Of a stretch of 64,000 nucleotides of DNA, positions 34,251-44,652 are shown piece by piece (positions within the stretch are counted from its first letter, which is position 1; each line of letters starts with the position of its first letter). The position numbers and the translations under genes were made by a program. Source of the DNA: an uncultured Aliarcobacter sp. (GTDB taxonomy: Bacteria > Campylobacterota > Campylobacteria > Campylobacterales > Arcobacteraceae); contig OY781945.1 of assembly GCA_963677435.1 (NCBI GenBank), forward strand, positions 384,001 through 448,000. The letters are read 5' to 3'. The notes beneath the pieces are model-generated. The model was not told where the DNA came from. It did no database searches and worked only from the letters and a program-made list of their open reading frames with translations.

Positions 34251-37200
34251 GCTACTATATAAACTCCTTCTATTTGGTGTATTAAGTTTTCTACTTGAGA
34301 AGTTACTTTAAAACCTGTTTCTAGTTCTAAATCTGCAAGTTTAGATTTGATTAAAAGTTTTAGTTCTCTTTTTCCTTGATTATTTGCCACTATATCAAAT
34401 AGTTTGTACATTAAATTTTCATCGTTTGAAAATGGAATAGCAATTGTTAAAGGTGGTTCTTGAATCTCTTTTGGTTTAGTTTTTAATTTCTCATTTTTTG
34501 CATCTTTTATGCTTTCGATTTTCAAAATATTCATTCTAGTAAAGTTATCATCTTTTGAGATTTTTACTTTAAATGCAATTGGTTCATTTAGATTATAATC
34601 TTCTTTTAACTCTTTTAATCTATCTTCAAAAAGCATAAGTTCGATATTTCCATGGAAATCCATGATTGTAGCAATTCCAAATTTATTACCTTTTTTTGAT
34701 ATTCTTTCAGTAATATTTTCTATTTTTCCAACAAATAAAGCTTGACTTCCATCTTCAAGTTCATCAATTTGAGAAGAGAGTGTATAGTTGATTTTATCAA
34801 TTTGTTCTCTATATTCATCAAGTGGATGTCCAGAAACATAAAAACCTAAAGATGCTTTTTCAAGTTCAAGAATCTCTTTTGCTTCAAATTCTGGAAGATG
34901 TTCAAGTTCAATATCAATTTTTGTAAGCTCATCACTATCACCAAATAAAGAACCAGTTGCCATTTTTTTTGCAAGTGCTGCTTTTCCAACAGTTTCAACA
35001 ATTTTTTCTATTTGATTAAGTAAGGCTTGTCTTGAATATCCAAAACCATCAAATGCTCCTGCTTTTGTAAGGGATTCAATTACTCTTTTATTTACTTTAC
35101 TTCCATCAATTCTTGAAATAAAATCACCTAAATCTGTAAATAATCCACCTTCATTTCGAGCTTTTAAAATAGAATTAATTGCAACATCACCAGCACCTTT
35201 TATGGCACCCATTCCAAACATTACAACTTCTTCACCTTCAATTTTTTTAGCAGAAAACACTAAATCAGATTTATTAATATCAGGTGGGAATAAATCAAGT
35301 CCTAATCTTTTAACTTCATCCACATATTTAACAACTTTATCAGTGTTATCTTTTTCTAGGGTTAAAAGTGCTGCCATAAATTCTGAGGCATAATATTTTT
35401 TTAAATAAGATGTATAAAAGGTTACAAGAGCATAAGCTGCTGAGTGAGATTTATTAAATCCATATCCAGCAAATTTTACAATCAGGTCGAATAGTTCTTC
35501 ACAATGTTCTTTTACAAAGCCTTTTTTAACTCCACCAATTGCAAATTCACCTTTTAGTCTATCCATCTCTTCTTTAATTTTTTTACCCATTGCCCGTCTA
35601 ACTAAATCGGCACCACCAAGGCTGAATCCACCAATAGATTGTACGATTTGCATAACTTGCTCTTGATAAACAATTACTCCATAGGTAGTTTCAAGAATTG
35701 GTCGAAGAGGTGCATCAAATTCATCATAGAAGTAGTTGATTTGTGCTCGACCATGTTTTCTATCAATAAAGTCATCAAGCATTCCTGATTCCATTGGACC
35801 TGGTCTATAAAGGGCAAGAACGGCGATAATATCCTCAAAATTTGATGGTTTTAATCTTTTACATAAATCTTGCATACCATCAGACTCAATTTGAAATAAT
35901 CCGATTGTATTTCCAGTTTGAATTAAATCATAAACACCTTTGTCATTTACATCAACGGTTAGAAAATCTACTCTTTTTCCATGTCTTTGCTCAATTAGTT
36001 TATTTGCTTCTTCAATAACAGTTAGTGTTTTTAAACCTAAGAAGTCGAATTTGATTAAATCCACATCTTCTACATATTTTCCATTATATTGGGTTGCCAG
36101 TGTATCAAGTCCGGATGGTTTAAAAAGTGGTGTTTTTTTCCATAAAGGCTCATTTGAAATAACAACTCCAGCTGCATGAGTTCCTGCATTTCTATTTAAT
36201 CCCTCTAACGCTAGGGCATATTCCCAAACCCTTGCTGCTTGTGGATCTGCATCACACAGTTCTTTGATTTTTGGTTCTTTCTCATATGAACTTGTAAGAT
36301 TTATTCCCAATTCATCGGGAATTAGTTTTGCCATCGCATCAGCTCTTGCATATGGCATATCAAGAACTCTCGCAACATCTCTAATTACTCCTTTAGCAAG
36401 AAGTTTACCAAAGGTAATAATTTGCGCAACATTGGCACGACCATATTGTTGAACAACATAATCAATAATTTCACCCCGTCTTGCTTGACAAAAGTCCATA
36501 TCAATATCGGGCATTGAAATTCTCTCTGGATTTAGAAATCTTTCAAAAAGTAAACCATAAGGAATAGGGTCAATATCTGTAATTTTTAGTGAAAATGCAA
36601 CTAAACTTCCAGCGGCTGATCCCCGTCCAGGACCAACTGGAATCCCCATTCTTTTTGCGACAATTACGAAATCCCAAACGATAAGCATATATCCTGGAAA
36701 TTTCATATTATTTATAATTTCAATTTCAACTTCAAGTCTATCTCTATACTCTTGATGTCTCTCAGGTGGAACTATTACTAATCTATCTTCAAGACCTTTT
36801 CTACACTCATGTATAAATAAAACTTTATCATTTTCAAGTGAATATTCAAGTTCTGGTTCAGGTAAAATTAAAGTAGCTTCTTCAGATTTTTGTCTTGTAA
36901 ATTTAAAATTTGGAGGAGTAGGGTTCCCAAGTTTTATCTCTAAATTACATTTATCTGCAATCTCCTGAGTAGCTTCTATGGCTTCTGGAATATCAGCATA
37001 AAGTTTTGCTATTTGTTCTGGAGATTTTAAATAAAATTCATGAACGCTATGTCTTAATCTTTTTGGGTCATCATAAAGTTTATTCATAGCAATACACATA
37101 AAAGCTTCGTGAGCATCGGCATCTTTTTGCTCTAAATAGTGAGTGTCATTTGTCGCAACTACTTTTATTCCTGTCTCTTTTGAAATTCTTAAAATCTGGT

Positions 37201-37792
37201 CATCAACAAAATGTTGGTCACCAATTCCGTGTCTCATAATCTCTAAATAAAAATCATCACCAAAAATCTCTTTGTATTCTAAAGCAACTCTTTTTGCCTC
37301 TTCATAACCTTTTGCACCATTTTTTACATTTCTTTCACTTTGAGTATTTAAATGCCAGTTAACTTCACCTTGTAAACAAGCTGCACTACAAACTAAACCT
37401 TCAGCATTATCTCTTAGAAGCTGTTTATTAATTCTTGGATAATAATAAAAACCGAACATATACGCTTGTGAACTTAAGAACATTAGATTTTTATAACCAA
37501 CATCATTTTTTGCATATAAACAAAGGTGAAATCTTTGTCTATTTGTTTTGTCACCTATATCTTCACTATTGTGAATATAAGCTTCCATTCCAATGATTGG
37601 TTTAATTCCTTCTGCTCTCATGGCATTATAAAAATCAATTGCACCAAACATATTTCCATGGTCAGTCATTGCAACGCTTGTCATTCCAAGCTTTTTTATT
37701 TTTTTTGCTAGGGGTTTTATTTTATTTGCACCATCAAGTAATGAATATTCAGTATGTAAATGTAAATGGGTAAATTTTGGGGTATCAGACAT
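34247..37792 (-). CDS. dnaE: DNA polymerase III alpha subunit
   Basis: HLHLHTEYSLLDG, GPGRGSAAGS, PDIDMDF, KFDFLGL, GYGFNKSH. Confidence 0.98.
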   Translation of the reverse strand: MSDTPKFTHLHLHTEYSLLDGANKIKPLAKKIKKLGMTSVAMTDHGNMFGAIDFYNAMRAEGIKPIIGMEAYIHNSEDIGDKTNRQRFHLCLYAKNDVGYKNLMFLSSQAYMFGFYYYPRINKQLLRDNAEGLVCSAACLQGEVNWHLNTQSERNVKNGAKGYEEAKRVALEYKEIFGDDFYLEIMRHGIGDQHFVDDQILRISKETGIKVVATNDTHYLEQKDADAHEAFMCIAMNKLYDDPKRLRHSVHEFYLKSPEQIAKLYADIPEAIEATQEIADKCNLEIKLGNPTPPNFKFTRQKSEEATLILPEPELEYSLENDKVLFIHECRKGLEDRLVIVPPERHQEYRDRLEVEIEIINNMKFPGYMLIVWDFVIVAKRMGIPVGPGRGSAAGSLVAFSLKITDIDPIPYGLLFERFLNPERISMPDIDMDFCQARRGEIIDYVVQQYGRANVAQIITFGKLLAKGVIRDVARVLDMPYARADAMAKLIPDELGINLTSSYEKEPKIKELCDADPQAARVWEYALALEGLNRNAGTHAAGVVISNEPLWKKTPLFKPSGLDTLATQYNGKYVEDVDLIKFDFLGLKTLTVIEEANKLIEQRHGKRVDFLTVDVNDKGVYDLIQTGNTIGLFQIESDGMQDLCKRLKPSNFEDIIAVLALYRPGPMESGMLDDFIDRKHGRAQINYFYDEFDAPLRPILETTYGVIVYQEQVMQIVQSIGGFSLGGADLVRRAMGKKIKEEMDRLKGEFAIGGVKKGFVKEHCEELFDLIVKFAGYGFNKSHSAAYALVTFYTSYLKKYYASEFMAALLTLEKDNTDKVVKYVDEVKRLGLDLFPPDINKSDLVFSAKKIEGEEVVMFGMGAIKGAGDVAINSILKARNEGGLFTDLGDFISRIDGSKVNKRVIESLTKAGAFDGFGYSRQALLNQIEKIVETVGKAALAKKMATGSLFGDSDELTKIDIELEHLPEFEAKEILELEKASLGFYVSGHPLDEYREQIDKINYTLSSQIDELEDGSQALFVGKIENITERISKKGNKFGIATIMDFHGNIELMLFEDRLKELKEDYNLNEPIAFKVKISKDDNFTRMNILKIESIKDAKNEKLKTKPKEIQEPPLTIAIPFSNDENLMYKLFDIVANNQGKRELKLLIKSKLADLELETGFKVTSQVENLIHQIEGVYIVA

Positions 37793-37817
37793 AATATAAA
37801 TCTTTTTAGTTTTTTAT

Positions 37818-38585
37818 TTATAGTATATCTAAAAAATGATTTTGAGCCTCTTTAATACCTAATTTAAAACACTCATCCATTTGAGAAAATGTAAATAAAG
37901 AAAAATTTCTTATATGTGGACTTCCTAAATAGTAGCTTGTATTTTCTGTAGAATATTTGTGATTAGAATGAAGTTGTTTAAAAAGTGATTTTTTTATGTT
38001 TTTTAATGGATTATATTTTTTATTAGGTAGTGCACTATTTTTTGCAAATAAATCAATAGAATATATATCATAACCTTTATTCTGTAAAGGTTTGATTGGA
38101 ATATTATCAAATAAACCACCATCAATTAAATACATTCCCTCATAAGAAATTGGCTTAAATATTGGAACTAAGGCACTTGATGCCATACATAAAGTTACAG
38201 TATCCCCACTATTAAAACTGTGAAGTTCTTTTTTCTTTAAATCAAAAGCATTTACCCAAACAGGTTTTGGAATGTTTTCTAATCTTTCAATTGGAAGAAG
38301 CTCTTTTATAATTTTATTGGATTGATCAATTTTTAATAAACCATTTCTAAAATAGTTGAATTTTAAAGTTTGTCTAACATCTTTTGAAGAGAATATTTTT
38401 AGTTGTTCTTTTGCGCTTATTCCACTAGCATGGGAAGCACTAATTATGGCTCCAATAGATGAACCACTATAAGCTTGAATTTCGATTTTATGTTCTTCAC
38501 AAAAGTCTAGCACTCCTAAGTGAAAAGCTCCACGTGCAGCTCCACCACCTAGGCAAAGAGCAAGATTATTTGTCTGTATTTTCAT
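37818..38585 (-). CDS. Patatin-like phospholipase
   Basis: GGGAARG, GSSIG nucleophile elbow, DGG. Confidence 0.9.
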   Translation of the reverse strand: MKIQTNNLALCLGGGAARGAFHLGVLDFCEEHKIEIQAYSGSSIGAIISASHASGISAKEQLKIFSSKDVRQTLKFNYFRNGLLKIDQSNKIIKELLPIERLENIPKPVWVNAFDLKKKELHSFNSGDTVTLCMASSALVPIFKPISYEGMYLIDGGLFDNIPIKPLQNKGYDIYSIDLFAKNSALPNKKYNPLKNIKKSLFKQLHSNHKYSTENTSYYLGSPHIRNFSLFTFSQMDECFKLGIKEAQNHFLDIL

Positions 38586-39330
38586 GTAATATATCTTTTT
38601 CTAACCAATTAATAATCATAAATTCTCCCTCAAATGTTTCTACAATTGCAGTACAAGATTCTACCCAATCTCCACAGTTTAGATATTCAATTTTTTCAAT
38701 ATCTCTTATTTCAGCTTTATGAATATGTCCACAAATGATGCCATCATAGCCTTTATTTTTTGCATGATTTGATAAAACAGTTTCAAAGTCATTGATAAAA
38801 GATACGGAAGATTTTACACTATCTTTTATATATTTTGATAGTGACCAATATTTTTTTATACCCATATGTTTTCGGATAAAATTTAATAAAGCATTTAGAT
38901 GTAAAAGTAAATCATAACCATAATCACCTAAAACTGCTAACCATTTTTTTGTCATAGTAATAGAATCGAAAAAATCTCCATGGGTTATATAATATTTTTT
39001 CCCATTAATTCCTGTGTACTCTAAATCATTTGCAATATTTAATGAATTTCCTAATAGTAAAGGAACAAAAGGTCTTAAAAATTCATCATGGTTACCAGTA
39101 ATAAAAGTTACTTGAGTACCTTTTCTAGCTTTTTTTAGAATCCTTTGAATAACATCTGAGTGGGATTGTGGCCAGACTAATTTTCTTTTTATAGCCCAAC
39201 CATCAATAATATCTCCCACTAAAAATAGTTGTTCACAGTTATTATGTTTCAAAAAATTAAGAAGAACTTTTGCTTTTGAGAAGCGTGTACCTAAATGTAC
39301 ATCTGATATAAAAATGCTTTTGTATTTCAT
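38566..39330 (-). CDS. Calcineurin-like metallophosphoesterase, PlcP/LpxH2-type
   Basis: SDVHLG, LVGDIIDGW, GNHD, HGDFFD, ICGHIH, YLNCGDWVESCTA. Confidence 0.85.
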   Translation of the reverse strand: MKYKSIFISDVHLGTRFSKAKVLLNFLKHNNCEQLFLVGDIIDGWAIKRKLVWPQSHSDVIQRILKKARKGTQVTFITGNHDEFLRPFVPLLLGNSLNIANDLEYTGINGKKYYITHGDFFDSITMTKKWLAVLGDYGYDLLLHLNALLNFIRKHMGIKKYWSLSKYIKDSVKSSVSFINDFETVLSNHAKNKGYDGIICGHIHKAEIRDIEKIEYLNCGDWVESCTAIVETFEGEFMIINWLEKDILHENTDK

Positions 39331-39336
39331 CCAAGC

Positions 39337-39370
39337 ATTCTAAATCTTTTTGATTACAATTGAATGACAA
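39337..39370 (-). promoter_or_regulatory. Pho-box-like direct repeat plus -10 hexamer
   Basis: Minus strand: TTGTCAT-tcaa-TTGTAAT (39370-39353), 10 nt, TAGAAT (39342-39337), 6 nt, ATG. Confidence 0.65.
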
Positions 39371-39374
39371 TTTC

Positions 39375-39926
39375 TTAATAATCGCTTGCTAATAAACCTT
39401 TTTTTACACTGTTATAAACTTCTTCATCACAAAGTATATTTACAATTTCAAGAGCGAAAACCATCGCAGTTGCTGGACCTCTTGAGGTAATCACATCATT
39501 GTCTATTACAACTGCATCATTTTCATGGTAACCTGATACTCTTATTTTTTCTTCAAAAGAAGGATAACAAGTAAAATTTTCATTTAATACATCTGCTTTG
39601 TGCAAAGCATAAGGTGCAGCACAAATAGCTCCAATTTTTTTCTTTTTTTCTTTAAACTCTTTTAATAAAGATTGAACTTTTTCATTATTGGCAAGTGTGA
39701 AAGCATTAGGAAGACCACCTGGCAAAACTATCATGTCAAAATCATCACTATTGATGTTTTCTATTTTTTCATCTGAAATTATTTTTATTCCATGAGCACC
39801 TATTGTTTCTATATTTTCAACACCTGCAATTGTAACTTTTATATCTGCACGTCTGCATATATCAATAATAGTTATTGCTTCAATTTCTTCAAATCCATTT
39901 GATATTGGTATTATAATATTTGACAT
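39375..39926 (-). CDS. DJ-1/YajL family protein
   Basis: GFEEIEA, VLPGG, AICAAP, TSRGPATA. Confidence 0.92.
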   Translation of the reverse strand: MSNIIIPISNGFEEIEAITIIDICRRADIKVTIAGVENIETIGAHGIKIISDEKIENINSDDFDMIVLPGGLPNAFTLANNEKVQSLLKEFKEKKKKIGAICAAPYALHKADVLNENFTCYPSFEEKIRVSGYHENDAVVIDNDVITSRGPATAMVFALEIVNILCDEEVYNSVKKGLLASDY

Positions 39927-40088
39927 AAATTTTCCTTATTCTTTTTAATTGATTATATATTCTGGTAATTTAAAACAAAAAGCCTTTTATTATAGGGTAT
40001 AATATAACTTTTAAAGTAGTAAATCATCATTCAAGAATATCTAAGCTAACTTTAAATAAAATTTAAGCAATTATGAAAAGGGGTTTTA

Positions 40089-40733
40089 ATGTTTAAAAAT
40101 ATTCTTAAGTCGAGTTTATTAGTAGGTACAATTCTAGTTTTTGTAACAGGTTGTACAGTTACTAGAAGTGATCCTATTACAAAAGAATATAATAAAGTAC
40201 AAGATAACAAACAACAACTTGCTGTTGCTGCTGATATGCAAAAAAATGTAACAACTCAAAATACATTAGAATCAACTATAGCATCTTTAGCAACTCAAAT
40301 GTTATTAAATAAAAAGATGGATACGAATAAACCTGTATTAATCACATCGTTTGTTAGACTTGATGAGTTTAAAAAAACTACTGAATTTGGAAGAATAGTA
40401 AGTGAAAGTTTAATAAATGAACTTTCAAATAGAGGTTTTGACATTACTGAGTTTAGAGGTCAAATGGCTATTTCAATAAATGATGAAGGTGAATATTTTA
40501 TTTCAAGAAAACCCCATGAACTAAAAAGTAGAATACCAAATACTTATGTTGTAGTTGGAACTTATTCAAGATTACTAGGTAAAATAATGTTAAATGCAAG
40601 AGTTATAGACAATATTACTGGTAAAATTATTACTAGTGCAAGAGCTACTTATGAGCATGGTATTGCAAATGATTGTATAATTTTTAAAGATTGTGCTCCT
40701 GCTAGAACTATTAATATTATAAAAGAACGATAA
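40089..40733 (+). CDS. FlgO-domain lipoprotein
   Basis: Lipobox VTGC; ITSFVRLD...FGRIVSESL...GEYFISR...VVVGTY..NARVID. Confidence 0.75.
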   Translation: MFKNILKSSLLVGTILVFVTGCTVTRSDPITKEYNKVQDNKQQLAVAADMQKNVTTQNTLESTIASLATQMLLNKKMDTNKPVLITSFVRLDEFKKTTEFGRIVSESLINELSNRGFDITEFRGQMAISINDEGEYFISRKPHELKSRIPNTYVVVGTYSRLLGKIMLNARVIDNITGKIITSARATYEHGIANDCIIFKDCAPARTINIIKER

Positions 40734-40738
40734 GTAAA

Positions 40739-41356
40739 ATGGTATTTAATTATTTAGGAAAATTGAAATATATTTTTATTCCAATTTTCTTAGTATTTTT
40801 TCTTAGTTCTTGTGCGTATAAAAACCCAATTAATGGGACAAATAATTTTCACTCTTTAGTATCAAAACTTGTATCTGAATCAGCAAGTAAAATCAAAAAA
40901 AATCTAGCTCCCACAGATGTTGTTTTAGTATCTGATTTTGTTAATCTTGATAAGTTAAGAAATAAATCACAATTAGGATTTTTACTTTCTAGTATGCTAA
41001 AAGATAGTTTAGTATCTCAAAATATAATTGTAAGAGAGATTGAATTAGGCAAAGAGTTTGAATTTGGAAAGAGTGGATTTAATCTATTAACTAGAAACAA
41101 AGATAAAATAGCTTCTGATAAGGTTATAAAAGAGAGATATGCAGTTGTTGGAACATACTCAATCACAAGTAGAAGTTTAAATGTATTTATAAAATTAATT
41201 GATATTAGAAATGGAAATATTTTGTCTTCTTCTTATGAAAGAACAGATATAGATACGGAAATCTTAGAATTAGAGGGTATTCAACAAAAAACACAGGAAG
41301 AACAAATGAAAGAGGCTAAAGAGCCTGTTTATTATCGTCCTCGTATGGTTTTATAA
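40739..41356 (+). CDS. FlgO-domain lipoprotein (paralog)
   Basis: Lipobox LSSC; VSDFVNLD...LG..LS...LLTR...AVVGTY..KLIDIRNGNILSS. Confidence 0.7.
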   Translation: MVFNYLGKLKYIFIPIFLVFFLSSCAYKNPINGTNNFHSLVSKLVSESASKIKKNLAPTDVVLVSDFVNLDKLRNKSQLGFLLSSMLKDSLVSQNIIVREIELGKEFEFGKSGFNLLTRNKDKIASDKVIKERYAVVGTYSITSRSLNVFIKLIDIRNGNILSSSYERTDIDTEILELEGIQQKTQEEQMKEAKEPVYYRPRMVL

Positions 41357-42916
41357 AATATCTTGAATTAAAAATTGAGGAGTAACTTCTCCTCTAAACT
41401 CATTTTTGCTAACTGAAACAATTAAATCTAAATTTTTTGATAAATTAATATTTGAATCATTAAATTTTAAGGCTTCAAATATTACTCCATCACTATTTAG
41501 CGTAAGTTTTAAATGATTTTTATCTTTCCCAATTAAATCATATTTTACTAAAGATGTATTTGTTATCCTAAAAATTGGTCTATGATTCTGTAATCCATAA
41601 GGTTCAAATTGTTCAATTATAGATAAAAACTCTAAGTCTACACTTGAAACATCAAGTTCACCTAAAGTAATTGGTTCTATATGTAAATCTTCTTTAAACT
41701 TCTCTAACTCTTGATTAATTATGGTTTTGAACTCTTCAAGGTTTTCTTCTTTTAAAGATAAGCCTGCTGCATTTTTATGTCCACCATAACCTAATAATAA
41801 GTGAGCTGCTTTTGTGATAATATCATATAAATTTATATTAGCATTTGCCCTTGCACTTCCCTTTGCAATTCCATTATGAATAGAAAAAATGAAAGCTGGT
41901 TTTTTATGTGCATTTGATAGTTTTGAAGCAACTATACCAATTACACCCTCGTGCCAATTTTCTCCCCAAACAATTACAGCATTATCGTTTTTATCTGTTT
42001 TTGCTTCAGCTTTTTTTGAAATCTCTTCTTGAAGAGTTTTTCTATAATTATTGAGTTCATCCAAAAGTGATAGGGTTTCATTAGCGCTAAAAGAATCTTT
42101 TGAAAGTAAAAATGATAAAGCAACACTTGCATCATCCATTCTTCCTGCACTATTTAACTTTGGAGCTATAAAGAATCCAACATCATCAGATACAAAAATC
42201 TCTTTTGACATAATTTCATTTAATTTTTTAAAAGCTTCTCTTGATGAGGTTTTAATCTTTTTTAAACCTTGTTTTACAATAGTATAATTAAGTGCTGTCA
42301 TAGGCATAATATCAGCAATAATAGCCACACAAAGCAAATCAAGGAAGTTTGACATATTTACATCTAAGTTCATCTCTTTTTTAATTGCTGCACATAAATA
42401 CCAAGCAACTTGAGCTCCGCAAATATCTTTAAATTCAAAGTTACAATCAGCTTGTTTTGGATTTATAATTGCTAATGCTATTGGAATTTGTTTCCCAACC
42501 GTATGATGATCTGTGATTATCAAATCAATATTTTTTTCTTTTAATTTAACAGAAGCTTCATAGGCTGAAATTCCATTATCAACAGTTATTACTAAACCTT
42601 CATCAATTAAATCAACTATTTTTGTAGATAATCCATAACCATGTTCAAATCTATTTGGAATAATATGATTTACTTTTACCTTTATTGTATTAAAAAAGTC
42701 CAACATTATTGTAGTTGATACAACACCATCAACATCGTAGTCACCTACTATTGTGATAGTTTCTTTTTCTAAAATGGCTTTTTTAATTCTTTTACAAGCA
42801 ATATCAATATCTTTGAATTTTTCTGGTGAAGGAAGGTCTGCAAGTCTTGAATAAGGGTTATTCAAGTGTCTTGCGGATAGTAGTTCAAAAAGTCTACTTT
42901 TTGTGATTTTAGACAT
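41351..42916 (-). CDS. recJ: ssDNA exonuclease RecJ
   Basis: GDYDVDG, TVDNG, TDHH, PKLNSAGR, KGSAR, GGHKNAAG. Confidence 0.96.
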   Translation of the reverse strand: MSKITKSRLFELLSARHLNNPYSRLADLPSPEKFKDIDIACKRIKKAILEKETITIVGDYDVDGVVSTTIMLDFFNTIKVKVNHIIPNRFEHGYGLSTKIVDLIDEGLVITVDNGISAYEASVKLKEKNIDLIITDHHTVGKQIPIALAIINPKQADCNFEFKDICGAQVAWYLCAAIKKEMNLDVNMSNFLDLLCVAIIADIMPMTALNYTIVKQGLKKIKTSSREAFKKLNEIMSKEIFVSDDVGFFIAPKLNSAGRMDDASVALSFLLSKDSFSANETLSLLDELNNYRKTLQEEISKKAEAKTDKNDNAVIVWGENWHEGVIGIVASKLSNAHKKPAFIFSIHNGIAKGSARANANINLYDIITKAAHLLLGYGGHKNAAGLSLKEENLEEFKTIINQELEKFKEDLHIEPITLGELDVSSVDLEFLSIIEQFEPYGLQNHRPIFRITNTSLVKYDLIGKDKNHLKLTLNSDGVIFEALKFNDSNINLSKNLDLIVSVSKNEFRGEVTPQFLIQDIL

Positions 42917-44532
42917 TATTTTTGTTTAGTTGCTTGTTTTACAAACTCTAAAATAATAGGATTTGGTGTCTCTAAGTGTGATGTAAATTCAGGATGAAAT
43001 TGAACTCCCACAAACCAAGGATGATCTTTTAATTCAACAGCTTCAATTAAACCATTTGATTGACCCGAAATAATCATTCCAGCAGTTTCTAGTTGCTCTT
43101 TATATTTAGGATTAGCTTCATATCTATGTCTATGTCTTTCATGGTAAACTTCTTCATTTCCATAAGCTTTTTGTAAATGAGTTCCTTTTAATGGTTCAAA
43201 TGGATATTCACCTAATCTCATAGTTCCACCCATTGGTGATTCGTGAGTTCTTAATTGAGTATTTCCACTTTGATCAATAAATTCATCAATTAAATAAATT
43301 AATGGATTTTTTGTATCTGCATCAAATTCAATAGAGTTTGCATCTTCAAGTCCTAATACATTTCTTGCAAATTCAATAATTGCTAATTGCATTCCAAGAC
43401 AGATTCCAAGATATGGAATTTTATTCTCTCTTGCATATTTAATAGCTGCTAGTTTTCCTTCAACACCTCTGTGCCCAAACCCACCTGCAACTAAAATAGC
43501 ATCAGAATTTCCAATAATATCAAATGCTCCAACATCTTCAATTCTTTCACTATCACACCAGTGAATATTTACTTTTGTATTTAAGTGTGCACCTGAGTGA
43601 ATTAATGCTTCAATAAGTGATTTATATGACTCTTTTAAATCTAAATATTTTCCAACAAAAGCAATTGTAACTTCATTTTGTGGAACTAAAATATTTTTAA
43701 CTAAAGTATCCCATTTTTCCATATTTGGTTTGATTTTGATATTGAAATGTTCTGATAAAGGAGTTAAAATTCCCTCTTTAATAAATTGTAATGGAACTTG
43801 ATAAATTGATTGTGCATCACCAGCTTCAATAACTGCATTTCTATCAATATCACAAGCTAGTGCTAATTTATCTTTTAAATTTTTTGGTAATTCTCTTTCA
43901 GTTCTACAAACTAACATATGTGGAGTAATACCAATTCTTCTTAATTCTTGAACAGAATGTTGAGTTGGTTTTGTTTTTAATTCACCTGCTGCTTTAATAT
44001 AAGGAATTAAACTTAAATGGATATTCATTGTGTTTGTTTTTGGAAGTTCATGTCTAATAGATCTAATTGCTTCCATAAAAGGTAAACCTTCAATGTCTCC
44101 TACCGTTCCACCAAGTTCAATAATTAAAAAATCATTATCATCAGTTGCGGCATAGATTCTTTCTTTAATCTCATCAACAACATGTGGAATTACTTGAATA
44201 GTTTTACCTAAGTAACCACCTTCTCTTTCTCTTTTAATTACACTTTGATAAACTTGTCCAGTTGTAAAACTATTTTTCTTAGTTAGAGTTTTATCAATAA
44301 ATCTTTCATAGTTTCCTAAATCTAAGTCTGTTTCTGCACCATCTGCTGTAACAAATACTTCTCCATGCTCAAGTGGACTCATTGTTCCTGGGTCTACATT
44401 TAAGTAAGGGTCGATTTTAAGCATACTCACTTTAAAGCCTGATTGTTTTAATATTGTTGCAATTGAAGCAGAAGTTATACCTTTTCCTAGTGAACTAAGA
44501 ACTCCACCTGTTACAAAAATGAATTTTGTCAT
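42916..44532 (-). CDS. pyrG: CTP synthase
   Basis: [38 protein letters not shown]. Confidence 0.98.
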   Translation of the reverse strand: MTKFIFVTGGVLSSLGKGITSASIATILKQSGFKVSMLKIDPYLNVDPGTMSPLEHGEVFVTADGAETDLDLGNYERFIDKTLTKKNSFTTGQVYQSVIKREREGGYLGKTIQVIPHVVDEIKERIYAATDDNDFLIIELGGTVGDIEGLPFMEAIRSIRHELPKTNTMNIHLSLIPYIKAAGELKTKPTQHSVQELRRIGITPHMLVCRTERELPKNLKDKLALACDIDRNAVIEAGDAQSIYQVPLQFIKEGILTPLSEHFNIKIKPNMEKWDTLVKNILVPQNEVTIAFVGKYLDLKESYKSLIEALIHSGAHLNTKVNIHWCDSERIEDVGAFDIIGNSDAILVAGGFGHRGVEGKLAAIKYARENKIPYLGICLGMQLAIIEFARNVLGLEDANSIEFDADTKNPLIYLIDEFIDQSGNTQLRTHESPMGGTMRLGEYPFEPLKGTHLQKAYGNEEVYHERHRHRYEANPKYKEQLETAGMIISGQSNGLIEAVELKDHPWFVGVQFHPEFTSHLETPNPIILEFVKQATKQK

Positions 44533-44619
44533 TAAAATACTCCATAAAATAGTTGATAAATATATAATCGCGATTGTATCTAAGTTTTGTTGATAGTTAA
44601 GTTAAGCAGAGTGTAAAGT

Positions 44620-44647
44620 TACTAGATAAGAGAACTCTTATCTAGTA
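44620..44647 (-). terminator. Hairpin/terminator after ccoG
   Basis: tactagataagag-aa-ctcttatctagta perfect 13-bp inverted repeat; weak U tail. Confidence 0.6.
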
Positions 44648-44652
44648 TGTAA

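Noticed and set aside
34247..37792. Intein or split in dnaE
   Set aside because: Continuous 1181-aa protein of normal size with no splice-junction motifs seen
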